A stretch of DNA of 64,000 nucleotides from Malacoraja senta (taxonomy: Eukaryota): NCBI GenBank assembly GCA_038087875.1, contig CM075993.1:11410001-11474000 (forward strand), read 5' to 3'. The notes under the pieces were generated by a model, which was not told where the DNA came from, searched no databases, and was given only the letters and a program-made list of their open reading frames with translations. This document shows, piece by piece, positions 12,690-25,440 of the stretch. Made by a program: the position numbers and the translations under genes. The stretch's first letter is position 1. Every line of letters starts with the position of its first letter.

Positions 12690-14592
12690 CAGGACTTAGC
12701 GGGTGCAATGGGTACACTTGTTGGTGGTGGGTTACACTGGTTTAGTGAGGCATGGAGATCAATAACCTCTGATTCTTATATACTGCATAGTGTTCATGGG
12801 TATGAAATTGAATTAGAAAACAACGCCTTCCTCCGGTTCAGCATGCGCCCATCAGATCATTTATTCTATCACAACAAGAGAAGTTGGATGGTAATGCTGA
12901 AATTAAGAGGTTTATACTAAGGGTGTAATTGACAGATCTCAACATGAGTCTCAAGAATTTGTGTCAAACATGTTCACAAAAAAGAAAAAGATGATGGATG
13001 TCGCAGCATTATTGATTTAAGACAATTTAACACATTTGTGCAGTATACTCACTTCAAAATGGAAACCTTTGTCACGGCCAAACAATTGATTTCCGAAGGC
13101 TACTTCATGGCATGCATCGATTTAAAAGATGCATACTATTCGGTGCTCATACACAAGGATCACCGCCGATATCTGAAGTTTAACTGGATGGGGCAGCTTT
13201 GGCAGTACAAAGCACTACCTAATGGGTTGACCTCAGCCCCCAGATTATTCACTAAATTACTGAAACCAGCTATGGCGGTTCTTCGGAAACAAAAACATAT
13301 AGTCATGGCGTATTTAGATGACATACTAATCGTGGGTAAAACCTACGAATTAGCCTATTTAGCTGTTACAGCTACCATAGGTCTATTTCAGAAACTGGGG
13401 TTTATCATACATCCAGATAAATCAAAGTTAACACCATCCACGACTATGGATTATTTGGGATTCACCATTAATTCAGTTCACATGACTGTGACTTTACCTA
13501 GGGGAAAGGCAACTGAATAATGGAAGTTTGCAGCAACCTTGCTGTCATCAGTCAACCATCTATCAGACTAGTAGCAAGGGTAATTGGCAAAATCGTAGCT
13601 GCTTTTCCAGCGACACACTTTGGACCTTTGCACTATCAAACGTACAGAGAGCAAAGGTGCGAGCACTTAAACATCATGCTGGTCATTTCGATAGACCAAT
13701 GCAATTACCAACAAAAGCTATTTTGGAACTGCGATGGTGGACACATAACATTCGCCATTCCTACAGCTCCATTATTATTAGCAACCCGTCAGTTGTATTA
13801 CAGACTGATGCCAGCGCTCAAGGTTGGGGAGCCACCAACACCATCTCCAGTTGTGGGGCAGATGGGATGCGCATGAATCATCTTTGCTTTATACACTTGG
13901 TATAAATTATTTGGAAATGTTGGGAGCATTCTATGGTTTGAAGGCGTACTGTTCAAAAATGCATCATTTGCATGTTCGCCTGCAAATAGATAATACCACT
14001 GTGGTGGCTTATATTAATCACATGGGTGGAATCAGATCGATATCATGTGATGATCTTGCCAATTCAATCTGGCAATGGTGTATCCAGAGAAACATTTGGA
14101 TATCTGCTATTTACCTACCAGGTAAACTTAATTCAGTGGCAGACACCAGGTCACGGAAATTTAATGACAACACTGAATGGATGTTGGACCCCAAAGTGTT
14201 TGCAGATATCATAGCAAGATATGGAACACCAGATATCGATCTATTTGCATCTAGGCTTAACCACCAGTTGCCGACATATGTTGCGTGGGAACCAGACCCT
14301 GGGGCAGCAGCGATGGACGCATTTTCGCTGCACTGGGGAAATGTGTTTTTCTATGCATTTTCCCCCCTTCTGCCTCATCAGTCGGGTCTTACGCAAAATA
14401 CAACAAGACTCTGCGTCAGGTATTTTGGTAGTACCCGACTGGCCTACCCAGCCATGGTTCCCTGTGGTTCTCGACATGGTTTCAGAACCATGTATGGCCA
14501 TCACTAAAAGACCAGACTTGATGGTCCATCCTGTAACTGGCGAAAGTCATCCATGCCATGACAGGACTAATCTGTTAATTTGCAGAATTTGA
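12690..14592 (+). pseudogene. DIRS RT, RNase H and DNA adenine methyltransferase, frameshifted
   Basis: HFKMET, IDLKDAYYSV, LPNGLTSAPRLFTK, AYLDDILI; TDASAQGWG, INYLEM, QIDNTT, NSVADTRSR; IDLFASRLNHQLP, FPPF, VVPDWPTQPWF. Confidence 0.93.
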
Positions 14593-15562
14593 ATAGGCCA
14601 CTTCTGGATCTTGGACTGACGGACCGAACCATCAACATGATCGCGGCGGCACAAAGAGAGTCTACCAGAAAACAGTACCTAACTTACATCAGGAAATGGG
14701 AACGTTATTGTTCCAGGACTAATGTTGAGTATAACTCAGCCACTGTAACTAATGTCCTGGAGTTCCTGGCTAACCTTCATTTTGATGAAAGGCTTAGCTA
14801 CAGTGCCATCAACCGCGCCAGGAGTGCCCTATCCACCTATTTGTGGCGGGGATTTGACCACCATTCACTGGGGTCTCACCCCATGGTTTCCAAACTAATG
14901 AGGGGTATATTTAACTCGAATCCCCCTAGGGCAAGATACTCTAACATTTGGGATGTGAGTATTGTGTTGACGTTGCTTCGGGGTTGGTCACCAGCAACGT
15001 ATCTGTCCTGGAGAAACTTACCCTTAAATTGGTAATTCTGATGGCACTGGTCTCGGCCCAGCGGGTGCAATCGCTACACAAATTACGACTGGATTCGATG
15101 GCCAAAGGGACAAATGATATAACTTTTTATATTCATGAACTGGTAAAACAAAACAGACCAGCGTCATCAGGCCTTAAACTAGAGTTTCGGGCATACCCTA
15201 CAGATGTTCGCTTATGCGTTATGACACATCTGTTACTTTACATAGAACTATCAGCTAAAGTAAGAGACAAAGAATTGGCACTTTTAGTGAGCCACAAAAG
15301 ACCTCACAACAGGGTATCGACCCAAACAATATCTAGGTGGCTTTGACAGGTTTTGGGAGCTGCAGGGGTGGATACTGATATTTACAAATCTCATTCCACC
15401 AGGGCTGCAGCCACATCGGCAGCACGGCACATGGAGGTTCCAATGGATCACATCTTGGGTACGGCAGGATGGTCCAGGGAGAAGACCTTCCAAGAATTTT
15501 ATAATAAGCCAGTTGCTAAACCTGTGACTTTTGCAGATACTATTTTGAGTTCTGTTTTATAA
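14580..15562 (+). pseudogene. DIRS tyrosine recombinase with one frameshift and one internal stop
   Basis: N-terminal STRKQY..YIRKW and LSYSAINRARSALS. Catalytic motifs SAQRVQSL, HSTR and AGWS...FQEFY. Confidence 0.92.
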
Positions 15563-15954
15563 TACGCCCCGAAGGATAGGGGTCATTATTATAATTTGTG
15601 TTAATAAATCACTTATTGTTTCTTTTAACAATTGATTCATGTCTGGATTTGTTAACATACTTCCTCCTCAAGTCTACGACAGCAGGGTGTGAAGCATGGA
15701 CTCGTTCCGTGGCATGAAATCACAGAGCTTTAAAATCTTCACGTAGTCACTCACGTGACTCCGAAGTAAAATAGTAAGATTAAACGAGAACTTACCAGTT
15801 TGAAGTTTGATCTTTATTTTATTAGGAGTTACGTTGACGGATTACGTGCCCTCCACGCCCACCCTCTATTATAAAGGTCAGCTGGTATTATTGTTCTTAT
15901 CTTACTATGTTATTTTGACTACCGTATCTGTGATTTCACACCACTGCTTTGAAG

Positions 15955-16154
15955 NNNNNNNNNNNNNNNNNNNNNNNNNNNNNNNNNNNNNNNNNNNNNN
16001 NNNNNNNNNNNNNNNNNNNNNNNNNNNNNNNNNNNNNNNNNNNNNNNNNNNNNNNNNNNNNNNNNNNNNNNNNNNNNNNNNNNNNNNNNNNNNNNNNNNN
16101 NNNNNNNNNNNNNNNNNNNNNNNNNNNNNNNNNNNNNNNNNNNNNNNNNNNNNN
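15955..16154. other. Assembly gap (200 N)
   Basis: Run of N. Confidence 1.
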
Positions 16155-17224
16155 ATGGACAGACAATGTTTGGATTGGGGACTCTTCTTCAGACTTCTAT
16201 GGATAAGCCATTTCTGAATATTTAATCTACTAATGACTACTGATCTCATATTCATCATGGATCAGCCACCATTGCCTGTCCATTCCCATCAGAGATGCTG
16301 CCTGACCAGCTGAGTTCCTCCAGCATTTTGCTCATGATTCCAGCATCTGCAATCTGTTGTGTTTCTAAATGGCAGTATGACGCTGGGCCAGAGATGTCTT
16401 CCACAGTCACTGCGAGTCCCGTTTAGATGCAACATCACTGAAATCCCCCTTTTCCCAGGACAACACCCTCCATTAGGCTCAGTCCAGTGTTAAAATCAAC
16501 TATAGCCACAATCCAAATCCATTTGGCATCTTCCAGCCGTAATGCCTTGCGGCCCAGAACACATTTCTTCAGCAGACAGCTACAGGGAGGATATCCAGGG
16601 AACAGTGAGCCCACAAGTTCCGCTGTTCAGTTGTTCTGAACGCCAACCTTGCATATTAAGTGCTGGGCAGAAGCCAAGGTTGATTTCCATCACGGTCTAT
16701 TGCCGAGACCAAACATTGAAGAAATACTGAAAATAGCTTGGATTATAGAGACCAGTGGCAAAGTTGTCCACGGGAAGCCACTGGTTGTATCTGAATGTAG
16801 CAGAGGTGAGGCATGTGCGAGACCACTTACCTTCACACAGACCACAACATTATGCAGCTCAGTCACTGCTGACAGCACAGGAGCTGTGATCCACTCTGGA
16901 GGGAGACTTTTTTTGGCGCACGCTCCCGTTCCTGATGCGAGTCAACAGCACTTTGATCAACAACAGAGGAATGAGCGCTGATGGTCAGGCTGAAGGAGCA
17001 TACACCCTCTCCTCCATCTTAGGTAAGAGAGCCACGCACACACACACCCTGGACTTCATGCAGAGGGCCCTTTAAGGCTTGCAGCCCTGGTGTTAATCAG
17101 GGCAGGAATGCCCACTAAGTTGAATGTTGTTGGGAGCTGTGCATTTGCCACCAAAGACAACACTGTCACTCTGAACTCAGGCAGGCTCTCTGCACGGATC
17201 TTATATCCAGCTGCAGGGCAGATA

Positions 17225-18772
17225 AAGGTACAGGAATGGCTGATGGAGTTTAATGCAGATTAAAGAGCAGGATCTCAGAATACCCTTCAGGGTATAACCC
17301 TCCCATTAACCTCCCCAGAATGATGGGTCCTGGGGTGTGTTGTAGAGCAGAATGATCTAGTAGTGCAGTTCACAGCATCGCAGGTTTATAGGGTGGTAAA
17401 GGAGGATTTTGATACATTGGTCTTCACCAGTCAGAGTATTTAGTATAGCAAAGATAGAGACAAAATGCTGGAGTAACGCAACAGGTCAGGCAACATCTCT
17501 GGAGAAAATTATATTTAGTATGGAAGTTGGGATGTTATGTTACAGTTGTACAAGATGTTGGCGAGGCTGCATTTGGAATATTGTGTTTTGGTCACCCTGC
17601 TATATTAAGCTGGACAGGGTTTAAACTGCACTTTGACAATCAGCAAGGTAACAAGCCCTTTGGCCCACTGAGTCCATTGATTGCCCGTCCACTCTAGTTC
17701 AATATTATCCACTTTCTCATCCACTCCCTACACATTAGGGGGATTATTAATTAACCTACAAATCTGCACATATTTTGGATGTGGTTGGAAACCGGAGTAC
17801 TTGGAGGACACCCACAAGGTCACAGGGAGAGTGTACAAACTCCACACAGGCAGCACCCAAGGTCAGACTCAAACCTGGGTTTCTGCCGCTGTAAGGCAGT
17901 AGATCTACAACTGCGACATGGTGCCGCAGAGAAAGTGTAAGAAGATGTTGCCAAGACTCTAAGGCTTGAGCTATAGGGAGAAGTTGAGCAGGCTAGGAAT
18001 TTGTTCCATGGAGCACAGGAGTTTAAGGGGTGATATTATAGAGGCCTATAAAATAATGAGGGAAAGAGATAGGGTTAATGCACATGAAATGTATTTTTCC
18101 CACGGCAGGGGAATCAAGAACTGGAGAACATAGGTTTAAGGTGAGAGGGGAAAGGTTTAATAGAAATCTGAGGGGCAGCTTTTTCACAGACGGTGGTGGG
18201 TATATGGAATCACCAGCCAGAGAAAGTCATAAGTGACAGGAGCAGCATTAGGCCATTTGGCCCATCAAGCCTGCTCCGCCATTCAATCATGGCTGATTTA
18301 TCCCTCCCCCCTAGCCCCATTCTCCTGCCTTGACCCCATAACCCATGACACCTGTACTAATCAAGAATCTATCTCTGCCTTAAAAATAGCCATTGACTTG
18401 GCCTCTACAGCCTTCTGTGGCAAAGAATTCCACAGATTCACCACCCTCTGACTAAAGAAATTCCTCCTTCCTGAAGGAATTCTGAGGCTATGACCTCTAG
18501 TCCTAGACTCTACCGCTAGTGGAAACATCCTCTCCACATCCACTCTATCCAAGCCTTTCACAATTCGGTAAGTGCTTAGGCAAGTTACAATAACAACATT
18601 TATAAAGAAACTTGGACAGGTACATGGATAGGAAAGCCTTAAAGGGATACGGGCTAACTTGGATACGGGTACGGATACGGGGAAGGGGGATACGGGCAAA
18701 ATGGTGCATTTTGCTTAGCAAGGGTCAGCTGGGCTTGAGGACCTGTTTCCGTGCTGTATGGCTCCATGACTA
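17225..18772 (+). mobile_element. Degenerate CR1 3' region with nested HE1 SINE (about 17650-17925, minus) and a second CR1 3' end (about 18228-18570, minus)
   Basis: CR1 motifs such as KGLDRVDVERMFPL..ESRTRGHSLRI..RRNFFSQRVVNLWNSLP. Confidence 0.8.
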
Positions 18773-19109
18773 GATAAACCATGACTTTAACCTACTTCTG
18801 AAATTCCCAGACAAGCACATCGCATCTGTATTCATCATCAGTGACTGAAATACAATCAATCCTCCTGTTAGTTCTGGACTGGTTTGTTACACTTCACATC
18901 CAGCTGGAACCCTCTTGACCTTCCATATCTCCCAATCTCTGCTGCCTCCCTCACCAAGCTCACTTGCCTGCTCTGGCTCCCGTGGGCTTGATCTTGATTT
19001 TAAATCCAACCATGGTGTTATGCCTCCTATCTCATCCAAGTCCATCAGCATTGTAATCTCCTGCCTAGCTCCATCTAGTCCAGCTAAACCGAACAGAAGA
19101 ACACAACTG

Positions 19110-19327
19110 AAGATAGACAACAAAAAGCTGAAGTAAGTCAGCAGGTCAGGCAGCATCTCTGGAGAAAAAGAGGAATAGATGGCGTTTCGGATCGAGACCC
19201 TTCCTTAGACTTGACCTGAAACATCACCTATTCCTTTCCTCCGGAGATGCTGCCTGACCCGTTGAGTTACTTCAGCTGTTTGTGTCTCTCTTCGGTGTAA
19301 ACCAGCATCTCCTTTTCCTCCCTATAC
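19110..19327. mobile_element. Inverted Penelope terminal fragment with 12-bp flanking duplication
   Basis: Internal inverted repeat. agaacacaactg occurs at 19098-19109 and 19328-19339. Confidence 0.75.
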
Positions 19328-19446
19328 AGAACACAACTGTTGTGTACAGAGAGGGCTAGAAAACAGCATTATTTAGTCAGATTCATTTTTATTACTTTTA
19401 CTGGTCCCAGACTCACTAATTGCCTGGATTTTCTATTTCACTTGAA

Positions 19447-20232
19447 TCTCATTATGTCTATAAGAGTGTGTGTGTGTGTGTGTGTGTGATCTACTCGAAG
19501 AAACGACATGCTAATGGGAAGTTTTTTTACATTTTCCGGTAGAGATTTACCCCCTGGAGTCAGAAGTTGGCTTACCTGAAAATGTCCTGCTTTACTTCTT
19601 CAGTAATTAATAAAAATCTTCACAAATCCGATCCAACTTTCAATTTAAAACGCCTGTTTTTTGGGGGGGGTTTCGCTGATGACGTGACAATGGATCTGCC
19701 GTCTGTTCACGCTGCGACTGACGTCACCTCCCACCCCTCCCTCCACCCCTCGTGTTTAAAGTCGCCCTGTCGAACTCCCGAGAGCTTCGGTCGTTGAACG
19801 CTCGCGCCTCGGCTCGGGTTTCCCGAGTAGCATTTCGAGAACATTCTTCAAATCCTCACCAACTGTCTTTCTCACTTTGTGAACAAAGTGCTGACTTCCA
19901 AATCTTCAAAGATAAGAGTCCGATTGAACTTCATTGTTTTGGTTCAACTTCGAAAATTTTAATACACCAAATGTTGAATTTATTGTTCTTTAAAACACTG
20001 TACTTCTTAAAGATAACATTTAATTTCAAAGACCTTGTGGTTTTTAATGTGCGATTTTAACTCTCTCTCTCTCCCCCCTCTCCCTCTCTCTCCCCCCCCC
20101 CACTCTCTCTCTCCCTCCTTCTCTCTCTCCCCCCTCTCTCTCTCTCTCTCTCCTGGGGAGAGAGAGAGGGGGGAGGGAGAGAGAAAGGGGGGGAGAGAGA
20201 GGGGTAAGAGAGAGGGAGAGAGAGAGGGGCCA
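19447..20232 (+). mobile_element. Probable 3'-truncated non-autonomous Helitron-like element
   Basis: A|TCTCATTATGTCTATAAGA followed by a (GT)n microsatellite, an arrangement typical of animal Helitron 5' ends. No 3' hairpin or CTAG found. Confidence 0.45.
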
Positions 20233-22255
20233 CAAGTTAAATTGGGCCAAGGCAAATTTTGAAGGCATTACACAGCAACTTGCAAAGGCTGATTGGTTGA
20301 GGCTGTTGCAGGTAAAAGGATATCGGGCAGGTGAGAGGCCTTTACAAGTGAGATAGGAAAAGTTCAGGGCCAGCATGCTTACTGTTAGCGTGAAGGGCAA
20401 GGCGGCAATTTTAGGGAACCTGGCTATTAGAGATATTGAGGCCTTGCTCAGGAAAAAGGAGGCGGCATTTGTCAGGTTTAGGCAGCTGGGATTAATGGAA
20501 TCCCTTGAGGAGTATAAAAGTTGGAGGAATAGAGTTAAGAGAGAAATCAGGAACGGTAAAAAGAGGAAATTAATTTAAAAAAGGAGCTGTGAAAGTTGGT
20601 TTATACCAACTTTTAAAGTTGGTTTATACCAATAGATACAAAGGACACAAAATGATGGAGTAACTCAGGCAGCATCTCTGGAGAACATGATAGGTGTCGT
20701 TCCTGGTCGAGACCCTTCTTCAGACTGATTGTGGTGCGGGGGGTGGGGGGGGATATGGAAGCAAGAAAAACAAAACAGGACAAATCCGGGCTGGGAGCAG
20801 ATGACCTCAGGCAAGGAGGTTCCCTGATATGCCAATTGCTGGCTTGAGACAGTATGAGGAGTACATAGTTGCGAACTGTGGAATGGGTAAGGGAAAATCC
20901 TTAGAGAAAGTATATTGAGAGCAAAAGGATAACTACGGAAAGAATAGGTCTCCTTAAGGACCAATGTGGTCATCTATGCGTGGAGTCACAGGAGATTGGC
21001 AAGGTCTTAAATCAATATTTCTCGCCTCTATCTACCGTAGAGAAGGTAATGGAAACTGAGGAATTAAGGGAAATAAACAATAATGTATTGGAACATCACA
21101 ACAGAGACAGTTCTGCCTGTCTTAAAATCCATAAAGCCAGGACATTATGGAAGCTAGGAAATAAATTGTAGTGGCCAATTTCAGCCTACCAGGCAGAGAT
21201 ATTTGTATCATATTTGGCCACAGGTTAGGTACTGGAACACTGGAGTGGGGCTAATGTTGAGCTTTTAATGAAGAAGGGGTGCAAGGACAAGATGGGGGAA
21301 ACTTCAGACTGGTAACCCTAACATTAGTGGCAGAAAATTTAATGGAGAGGATTCTGAGGGACAGGATCTACCAACATTTGGAAAGGCAAGCGCTGAAGAG
21401 GGATAGTCAGCAGGGCTTTGTGCATTGGAATTCATGCCTCACGAATATGATAGTGTGTTTTAAAGAGATGACGAAGAGGACTGATGAAGGCAAGACAGTA
21501 GATGTTATCTACATGGACTTTTGCAAAGCCCTTGTGTAAAGGTGGCACACTGGCGCAGTTGGTAGATCTGCAGCCTCACAGCGCCAGAGATCCAGATTTG
21601 ATTCTGACTTAGGGTGCTGTCTGTGTGGAGTTTGCACATTCTCCCTGTAACTGTGTGGGTTTTCTCTGGGTGCTGCAGTTCCTCCCACATCTCAAAGACA
21701 GAGATTTGTAGTTAAATTGACCTGTGCAAATTACTCCTAATGCGTAGGAAGTGGATGCGTAAGCAGGATGAACGGGTGATCAACGGACTTGGTAAGCTGA
21801 AAGCTAGTTTCCCTGTTATATTTTTCAATTTAAAATTCAAGGTTCCCCACAGTAGGCCAGAAGAAGAGGGTGGATAGACTAGTTTTTTTTACCTGGAGCA
21901 TAGAAGGCTGAGTTAATAGGTGTATAAAATAATGATGGTTGCAGGTGGATGGTTAGCCTTTTTCTCCAGAGTAGGTGAGTCTAAAACTCAAGGGCGCAGA
22001 TCTAAGGTGAGTAAGGCAAGATTTAAAAAGGACCCGAGGGGCAAGCTTTTCACACAAAGGTAGTGGTATGTAAAATAAGCTGCCAAAGGAAGCTGTAGAA
22101 GCGTATACAATTATGACATTTAAAAGACATTTGGAAAGGTACATGGATAGAAATGGTTTCGAGGGATTTGGGCTAAATACAGGCAAATGGGACTATCTCA
22201 GATAATTATCTTGGTCAGCATGGACAAGTTGGGTTAACTCCATGCTGTAAAACTT
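20233..22255 (+). mobile_element. Degenerate CR1 ORF2 with nested Penelope terminus (about 20620-20880) and HE1 SINE (about 21541-21840)
   Basis: LNWAKANFEGI; EIGKVLNQYFS; NFRLVTLT..ERILRDRIYQHLE..DSQQGFV..SCLTN..VDVIYMDFCKA. Confidence 0.85.
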
Positions 22256-22962
22256 CAACAGTAGGGAAGTATACCTCCTGAGGGTACATCAGCTGGAACC
22301 ACTTAGCAAGTGTCCAACTGCACCGTCTTATCAGAGGCTCAGGTTAGACCAGAAAAACACACCTGGTGGGCCAGATGTTTCCAATGAGCCAGATGTTGTG
22401 CATCTTTCTATAATCTCTGAAGTCCTCTTTAAAAACCTCCCACAGCATATGAAATGCCCATTAAACCCTTCCTCAATGGTTTCCTTTATATAGTTACAAA
22501 TAAGCACACTGATTTTCGATGGTAGTTCTCATTAATTAGACATTAAGTTTTAGAGCAATTATTTGCAAAGTCTCGGCAAACTTCCACAGTCTACAATGCC
22601 CCAATGCTAACAAACTCCCACAGCTCACCGGGTTTGAGTCCAGACAAACTTTCAGAGCCCTAACTGCACCTGACCAGAGCCCACTAACTACCCCACAACC
22701 TTCCACTCCAAATCCCCAGCCCAGGCCACGTCCCAGGTACCACCAGAACCCCAAAACAGACAAACTCCCAAATCTCAGCCTAGCAGAGCTACTAAGTCCC
22801 AGTCCACTCCCTGACATGCCAATTCTGGATTCACCCAGCAGATCCAGCAGATCCAACAGTTCCTGCAGAAAGAGGAACAAGAAAATCCCACACCAGCACC
22901 AGAGATTATTGTGCCACAACTCTGACAAAGGATCTTTGAACTGTAACATTTACAGGAGACAC

Positions 22963-23171
22963 ATGTTATGGTGGGGATTGGATGTATTCCCAGAAATTGT
23001 CCGTACCACGAGGCCACGTCATCTGGCAACACATCAATAAACGCGAGCTGGAATTTTTTTCCATTATTTAGCTTTTCCCCCTATATAATTTCCGAGAGAG
23101 TTTTTTGGGTAGTGATTTGTGGCGAATTTCTTTTATCCATATGGTGTGAATCAGTTCCTAGTCCTTATACA
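22963..23171 (+). mobile_element. Possible LTR remnant with upstream proline-rich internal sequence
   Basis: Starts TGTTA, contains AATAAA, ends TACA, and is preceded by a purine-biased run. No second LTR or TSD was verified. Confidence 0.3.
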
Positions 23172-24139
23172 ATAGAACAGTGCAGCGAGGGAACAAACCC
23201 TTTGCCCCACAATGTCTGTGGAAACATGATGCCAAATTCTCCTCTGCCTGCCTGTGATCCATATCTCTCCATTCCCTGCAGATCCAAGTGCCTATCCAAA
23301 AGCTTCAAAAGCCACAATTGTATTTGCCACCAAAAACCACCACCCCACCACCTGTCTACAACTACCACCTGCATTTTGTTTCTCTCTCCACAGATGCTGC
23401 CTTACCAACTGAGATTTGCCAGTATTTTCTGGTAACATTTCAGATTTCCTGCATTTGCAGCTTTTTGATTTTTGAACTCCCATATCTCATTTTGTTTCTG
23501 TTCAAAAAGCCTCCTGGGCCCAGTCTGGCTGAACTCCCTTAGCCTTCCTCTGGGCATCAGCTGCCCCTGGCAGCTGTCTATCCCATCCCCACATAACACC
23601 TGGCAAGACGACAACAGACTGTCACAGAAACCTCCTCACAGATCACCCTCCATGAACCCAGCACTCATGCAAAAAACAAAGTGCCGGAAAAACTCGTTTC
23701 AATAGAGGGTTTCAGAAACGACTGCTGGTTTAAATCGAAGGTAGACACAAAATGCTGGAGTAACTCAGCGGGACAGGCAGCATCTCTGGAGAGAAGGAAT
23801 GGGTGATGTTTCGGGTCGAGACCCTTCTTCAGACTCAACTGGGTCAATAGAGGGAATGGACTTGACGTCTCAGGTCCTGTCATTTCTTCAGACTAATGGA
23901 ATGGAGGGAATATGGCAGGAAAAGAATGGTGGGGTGGGGCAGAGCCTGATATGAGACAGGTAGATACAGGTTAGAGGGGTGTGGTTTGCAGATGCGTGTT
24001 GGTGACAAAGGCTCAAAGTGAAAAGAAGTCAAAAGGTCAGATAAGGAAATGAGGAGAGGGAAGAAAATCGGAGTCGAAAGAGGGGGGGAAAAAGGAGATG
24101 GGGGTGATATCACCACCTGCCAGGTATTCCCGTCCCCAC

Positions 24140-24790
24140 CTCTATTCTTTTCACAGAGATTATCTCTACAATTCCTTGCTCCCCACCCCACACAATATGC
24201 CCCCTCCCTCGGTTATTTTTCCTGCAACAGCAGCAGATGTAACAGCTGTCCATACACCTCCTCTCCCATTTCCTTCCAGCGACCATAACTGACCTTCCTG
24301 ATGTGACGGAGGTACACTTGCATCTCTTGCATTCTCATCCTTTGAATTTAGTGCTCCCAATGTGGCATCTGCTCTATCGGCAAGACCAAGCACTGTTTCA
24401 TGGAACACTGGCCTTCTGTCCGCCATGGCCTTCTGGAGTTTCCAGTTGCTAACCATTTTAACCCTCAATCCCATCCAACACAAGCCTTCATCTTTGGCCT
24501 CCTCCACTGCCAGAGTGAGACCACAAGCAAACTGGAAGAACAGCACCACATACTTGGGTAACCAACAACCCAACGGTATTAATATAGAATTTTCTTAATT
24601 TCAAGTAATATCCCTTGCCCACCGTCCCACCCCTCCCCCATGCACAGATACCTCCCACTACCCCTGTCACACTGTCCTTTCCCATCCTCCTTCCGTACAT
24701 CTCCCATCTCCAAGTTCCCCATTTCCTTTTCCTCTCCTTTCTGCCCCGCTGCCGCTTTCCACCATATCCCTCCCTCGGGATTTACATTTC
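24140..24790 (+). mobile_element. Old Penelope-like (GIY-YIG) fragment
   Basis: FSCNSSRCNSCPYTS remnant, homologous to 54730-55477. Confidence 0.7.
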
Positions 24791-25113
24791 ACTCCTCGTT
24801 GTAATGTGAGGGTTAAACAGACTATGTCAGCTAAAATTAAGTTGTCAGCTATATTAGCAGCACAGCATTTCAAACCCTGCTTAGGAAAACAAGATGTTTT
24901 TTGAAGAATGCTTTGGCTAATTCAAAGGGACCATTATATCATGAGGACATCTGCGAGGTCACCAAGATATGCTTTGCTTTCCCAGAGTCATCCAAGACTC
25001 GCTTGATATCTGATGGGACACATAACTCATGCCATTATGGTACCAAGGAGGATAGCTAGTTTGACACATAATCACCTGTTGTTCTTGGAGATAAAAATCA
25101 TTATATAAATACA

Positions 25114-25440
25114 GGGCGGTTACGGTGGCGCAGCGGTAGAGTTGCTGCCTTACAGCGGATGCAGCGCCGGAGACCCGGGTTCGATCCTGACTATGGGTGC
25201 TGTCTGTACGGAGTTTGTACGTTCTCCTCGTGATCTGCGTGGGTTTTCTCCGAGATCTTCAGTTTCCTCCCACACTCCAAAGATGTACAGGTTTGTAGGT
25301 TAATGGGCTTGGTAAATGTAAAAATTGTCCCTAGTGGGTGTAAGATACTGTTAATGTGTGGGGATCGCTGGTATGCGCAGACCCGGTGGGCCGAAAGGGC
25401 CTGTTTCCGCGCTGTATCTCTAAACTAAACTAAACTAAAC
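25114..25440 (+). mobile_element. Full-length HE1/V-SINE-type tRNA SINE
   Basis: A-box tggcgcagcggt, B-box ggttcgatcc, V-domain, CR1-derived 3' end and (ctaaa)n tail. Confidence 0.92.

Larger units (their letters stand above)
10271..15954 (+). mobile_element. DIRS1-like tyrosine-recombinase retrotransposon, degenerate; 3' end runs into the assembly gap
   Basis: Order is gag-like, RT (YLDD), RNaseH, Dam-like methyltransferase, YR. Bases 10271-10307 match the reverse complement of 15736-15772 at 36/37 (ICR). Inserted in a CR1 fragment. Confidence 0.95.

Noticed and set aside
14580..15562. Phage integrase or bacterial contamination
   Set aside because: The recombinase and Dam-like domain are integral parts of a DIRS retrotransposon embedded in vertebrate repeats.
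15807..16258. ORFs spanning the N run
   Set aside because: Artefacts of the gap.
22536..22949. Hydrophobic 137-aa minus-strand ORF as a host exon
   Set aside because: No splice-site support or similarity to ROR. It is more likely the antisense of a decayed repeat.
25114..25195. tRNA gene
   Set aside because: The A/B boxes belong to a SINE head that continues into a V-domain and LINE tail. The same applies to the other copies.
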